Below are positions 60,975 through 64,000 of a stretch of 64,000 nt of DNA, in pieces. The position numbers and the translations under genes were made by a program. Under the pieces are notes generated by a model. The model was not told the DNA's origin, did not search any database, and worked only from the letters and a program-made list of their open reading frames with translations. Position 1 is the stretch's first letter, and the number at the start of each line of letters is the position of its first letter. This DNA comes from Hydrolagus colliei (Eukaryota), in the NCBI GenBank assembly GCA_035084275.1, contig CM068742.1:93496001-93560000 (forward strand), read 5' to 3'.

Positions 60975-62620
60975 TGATGACAAGCCTGTTGAATGAATAT
61001 TTTGCTTCTATTTTCACAATAGAGGAGAGGACAAAATGTCAGAGGTACAAAGGAACCTAAAAATCAGCCAAAGAAAAGAACAAAATGGATTTAATATAAA
61101 TTTTAAAATGGTAATGAAGAAAATAATGGGACTAAAGTTAGACAAATCTCCAGGATTTGATAGATTCCTCCCCAGGGTATTAAAAGAAGTAGAAGAGGAA
61201 ATTGTAGATCCATTAGTCATAATTTTCCAAAGCTCTCTATATTTGTGAATCGTGCCCTTGGATTGGAGAATTGCAAATGTCACTCTGTTACTTAAGAAGA
61301 GAGGAAGGGAGAAACCGGGTAACTGCAGACTTGTCAACTTAAGTTGTGGATAAGTTACTGGAATCTCTCATCAGGGACAGAGTGATTGAGCAGTTGGGAA
61401 AGTATGAGCTATTCAAAGAGAATCAGGGTGGATTAATGTCTGATGAATCTAATTGAATTTTTTTGAAGTGGTCACTAACATGGATAAGAGAATATCTATG
61501 GATATCATCTACATCAACTTCCAGAAGGCATTTGATAAGGCATTTGATAAGGCTCAAGACATTATTAGCAAAAATAAAAGCGTATGGAATCAGAGATAAC
61601 CATGCAATGTGGCTTGAGGCAAGAAACAGAGAGTAGGGATAAAAAGAACATTGTCTGATTGTTGAGACGTGACAAGTGGTGTTCACCAGGGGTCTGTACT
61701 GGGGCCTCAGCTATTCACTGTGTAAATTATTTGAATAAAGGCCTAGATAGTTTTATATCCAAATTTGCAGATGACACAAAGTTAGGAGAGAGAGTAAATT
61801 ATGTAGATGGGAGCAAGAAGATGCACAGGGAATTAAATAGATTAAGTGGACGAAACTATCGCAGATGGAATTCAATGTGGCAAAATGCAAAATCATCCAC
61901 TATGCAACTATAAAATGCCAAAACAGAATATTTTCAAAATGGTGAGAACATTAGAATTGTGGAAGCAATAAGATTTGGGTGTTCATATACAGTAATCACT
62001 AAAAACAAGCTCATAGGTACAAAAAGTTATCAAAAAGGCTAAAGGGATGTTGGTCTTTATTTCAATGGAGCTGGAATAAAAAGGGGAAGGAAATTATTCT
62101 TCAACTGTGCAAAGTCTTGGTCAGACCCCATCTGGAGTACTGTGTTCAGTTTTAGGCACTGCACCTCAGGAAGGATATATTGGTTCTGGAGGGAGTGCAG
62201 CGCAGATACACCAAAATTATACCAGGACTTAAAGGGTTAAATTATGAGGACAGGTTGCAAAAACATGTTCTCTATTCCCTTGAGTTTAGAAGGTTGAGGG
62301 TGATCTGGCTGAATTTTTTTTAACTATAAAAAGGATTCAATAGGGTAGATAAATAATCTTAAAATTCGAGCTAGGAGCGATATTAGGAGGCAGCTTTTCA
62401 CCAAAGGGTAGTGAAAATCTGTAATCCCCCACCCCAAAAGGCTGTGGATGCTGGATCCACACACATTTTCAAGTCTGAGGTAGACAGATATTTGTTAGGT
62501 CAGGGTATTAAGGGATACAGGATAAGGCAAGTAATTGGACTTGAGGTACAGATCAACCATGATCTTATAGAATGGCTGAACAGGCTCAAGGGGCTGAATA
62601 GCCTACTCCTGTTTCTATGA
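60975..62620 (+). mobile_element. CR1 LINE, ~1.65 kb 5'-truncated, degraded RT
   Basis: DKSPGFDRFLPRVLKEVEEEIVDPLVIIFQSSL and ISKFADDTKLG. The 3'UTR matches the 14220 copy by eye. Confidence 0.93.
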
Positions 62621-64000
62621 TAGTTACTGTTAGGCACAGAGAAGAGGCTGGCAGTATTCACACTAGGTAAGAAAAAGTTCAATAATCTTTTTCAAGCAGC
62701 TGATATGTATATATATTTATTTATAAATGAATGATAACAATTTGTTTAATATGGTCACAGTCTCTACAGGAGCTCCACATCCTTCAGGTGAGAAGTTGAA
62801 TAGGTAAAGAACTATTTTGATAATAAGAAGAATAATCCTTACATTTGACATAGCGCCTTATCGCAATACTGGGATGAAAGGCGCTCTATAAATGTAACTT
62901 TGTTGTTGTTTTGTTGTTATTATGTCTTAGAGACGTCATAAAGCGCTTCACAGAATAAACTGTAAAGTGAATTGACTGTATATCGTGCGGGCAAAATGAG
63001 GCATCCAATTGTGTACAGCAGTGTCCTTCAAATAATCGTGGTTGATTGACTAATTTTTTTTAATGTAGGTGGGGGCATTTTAGATTACTTTGCCCCAAAA
63101 AAGTGGTGAAGATGAGATGGGCGATTCAGAGAGCCACTGCAGGAAGTTTCTGTTAACATGACAGGAAATTAAATATGGAAGTAGACAGTTATTTGGCAAA
63201 ACAAAAATTATTGAGGGGAAATGAGAGATGGAACAATATCTGATTTATTTTACTCAGAGACCAAACAGATGGATATATTTGCAGGTCCTGTGTGTTTCTA
63301 TGGAAAGGCAACAAGAAAGTTATATTCCACTGAGCTTGAAGTGCTTTATGTTTATAACTTTTAAATTAAATCTAAATGTAATTTTTTTAAAAAGAACTTT
63401 ACTTTTGGGTAAAATAGATTATATAGCATGGAAACAGATCATTCGGGCGAACAAGTCTAGACATGCTGGTGTTTATACTCTACTGGAGTTTCCACCCAGT
63501 CCTTCCTCCCTCTCTCCCCCTCCCATACCCTTCTATTCCCCTCTCCCTCGTGTGAAGGTCCAGCTACCTATTAAATGCATGTACTGTATACTATCTGATT
63601 CAACCACTGCTTTGGTTGAACAGTTTTGGTTGAACTGCTTTGGTTGAAGTTGATTCCACATTCTCACTACCCACTGCATGAAATCCTTCCTCCTGAATTC
63701 CCTTTTAGGTCCCCCTCATTGCTATCCTATACTTTGTTTCTGTTACAATACTTTTCATTTCTGTTTTTTTAATATAAAGGATTGGTAATTACCAACTCAA
63801 GGGATCAATATCGCTATGGTAAAATTGGAAAGTATCCCAACTGTGTAGTGTCCAAAATTTTTTTCTGTATAGTTGAAATTATTGTATATCCATCTAACAT
63901 AAACTCAGTACAAATATAGCAGCAAAGGTGATGTCATATTCCTCAATTTAAAACCTACATTTTGGCTTTGGCTAAGACTTGAGAAACAATTGACTGCCAG

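Noticed and set aside
272-63060. Recurring near-identical motifs suggestive of a CRISPR-like or programmed array
   Set aside because: Dispersed at irregular spacing in both orientations and explained by SINE and L2 3' ends. Eukaryotic context with no cas genes.

Overview
Eukaryotic, repeat-dense and almost entirely intronic DNA. The CR1, L2 and tRNA-SINE repertoire suggests a cartilaginous fish, probably a chimaera such as the elephant shark (inference). The only host coding sequence I can support is a 78-bp first coding exon on the minus strand (57792-57869, MASSSSSPSSPQGGGTSPNPHDRIRQ followed by a CAG|GTGGGT donor). From memory it matches the alternative N-terminus of ankyrin-2/ankyrin-B (mouse MASPTSPGPEGGACTPQNPPRIRQ|SDSNASFLRAARAG). 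It sits in a CpG-rich promoter region (~57100-58950). I found no exon 2, so positions 1-57791 appear to be one intron of more than 57 kb. That intron and the upstream flank hold many 5'-truncated L2 and CR1 LINEs, two lineages of tRNA-derived SINEs, a young hAT deletion derivative (14-bp TIRs, perfect 8-bp TSD) that keeps an open BED zinc-finger ORF and an 83-nt near-perfect hairpin, a Tigger/pogo deletion derivative, several TA-flanked MITEs, nested insertions and microsatellites. Nearly all ORFs in the track are TE remnants or low-complexity artefacts. I see no convincing new multi-gene system. The best leads are TE-derived structures and the ANK2 alternative promoter. Family names and identities were judged by eye and from memory, and repeat boundaries are approximate unless TIRs or TSDs are quoted.
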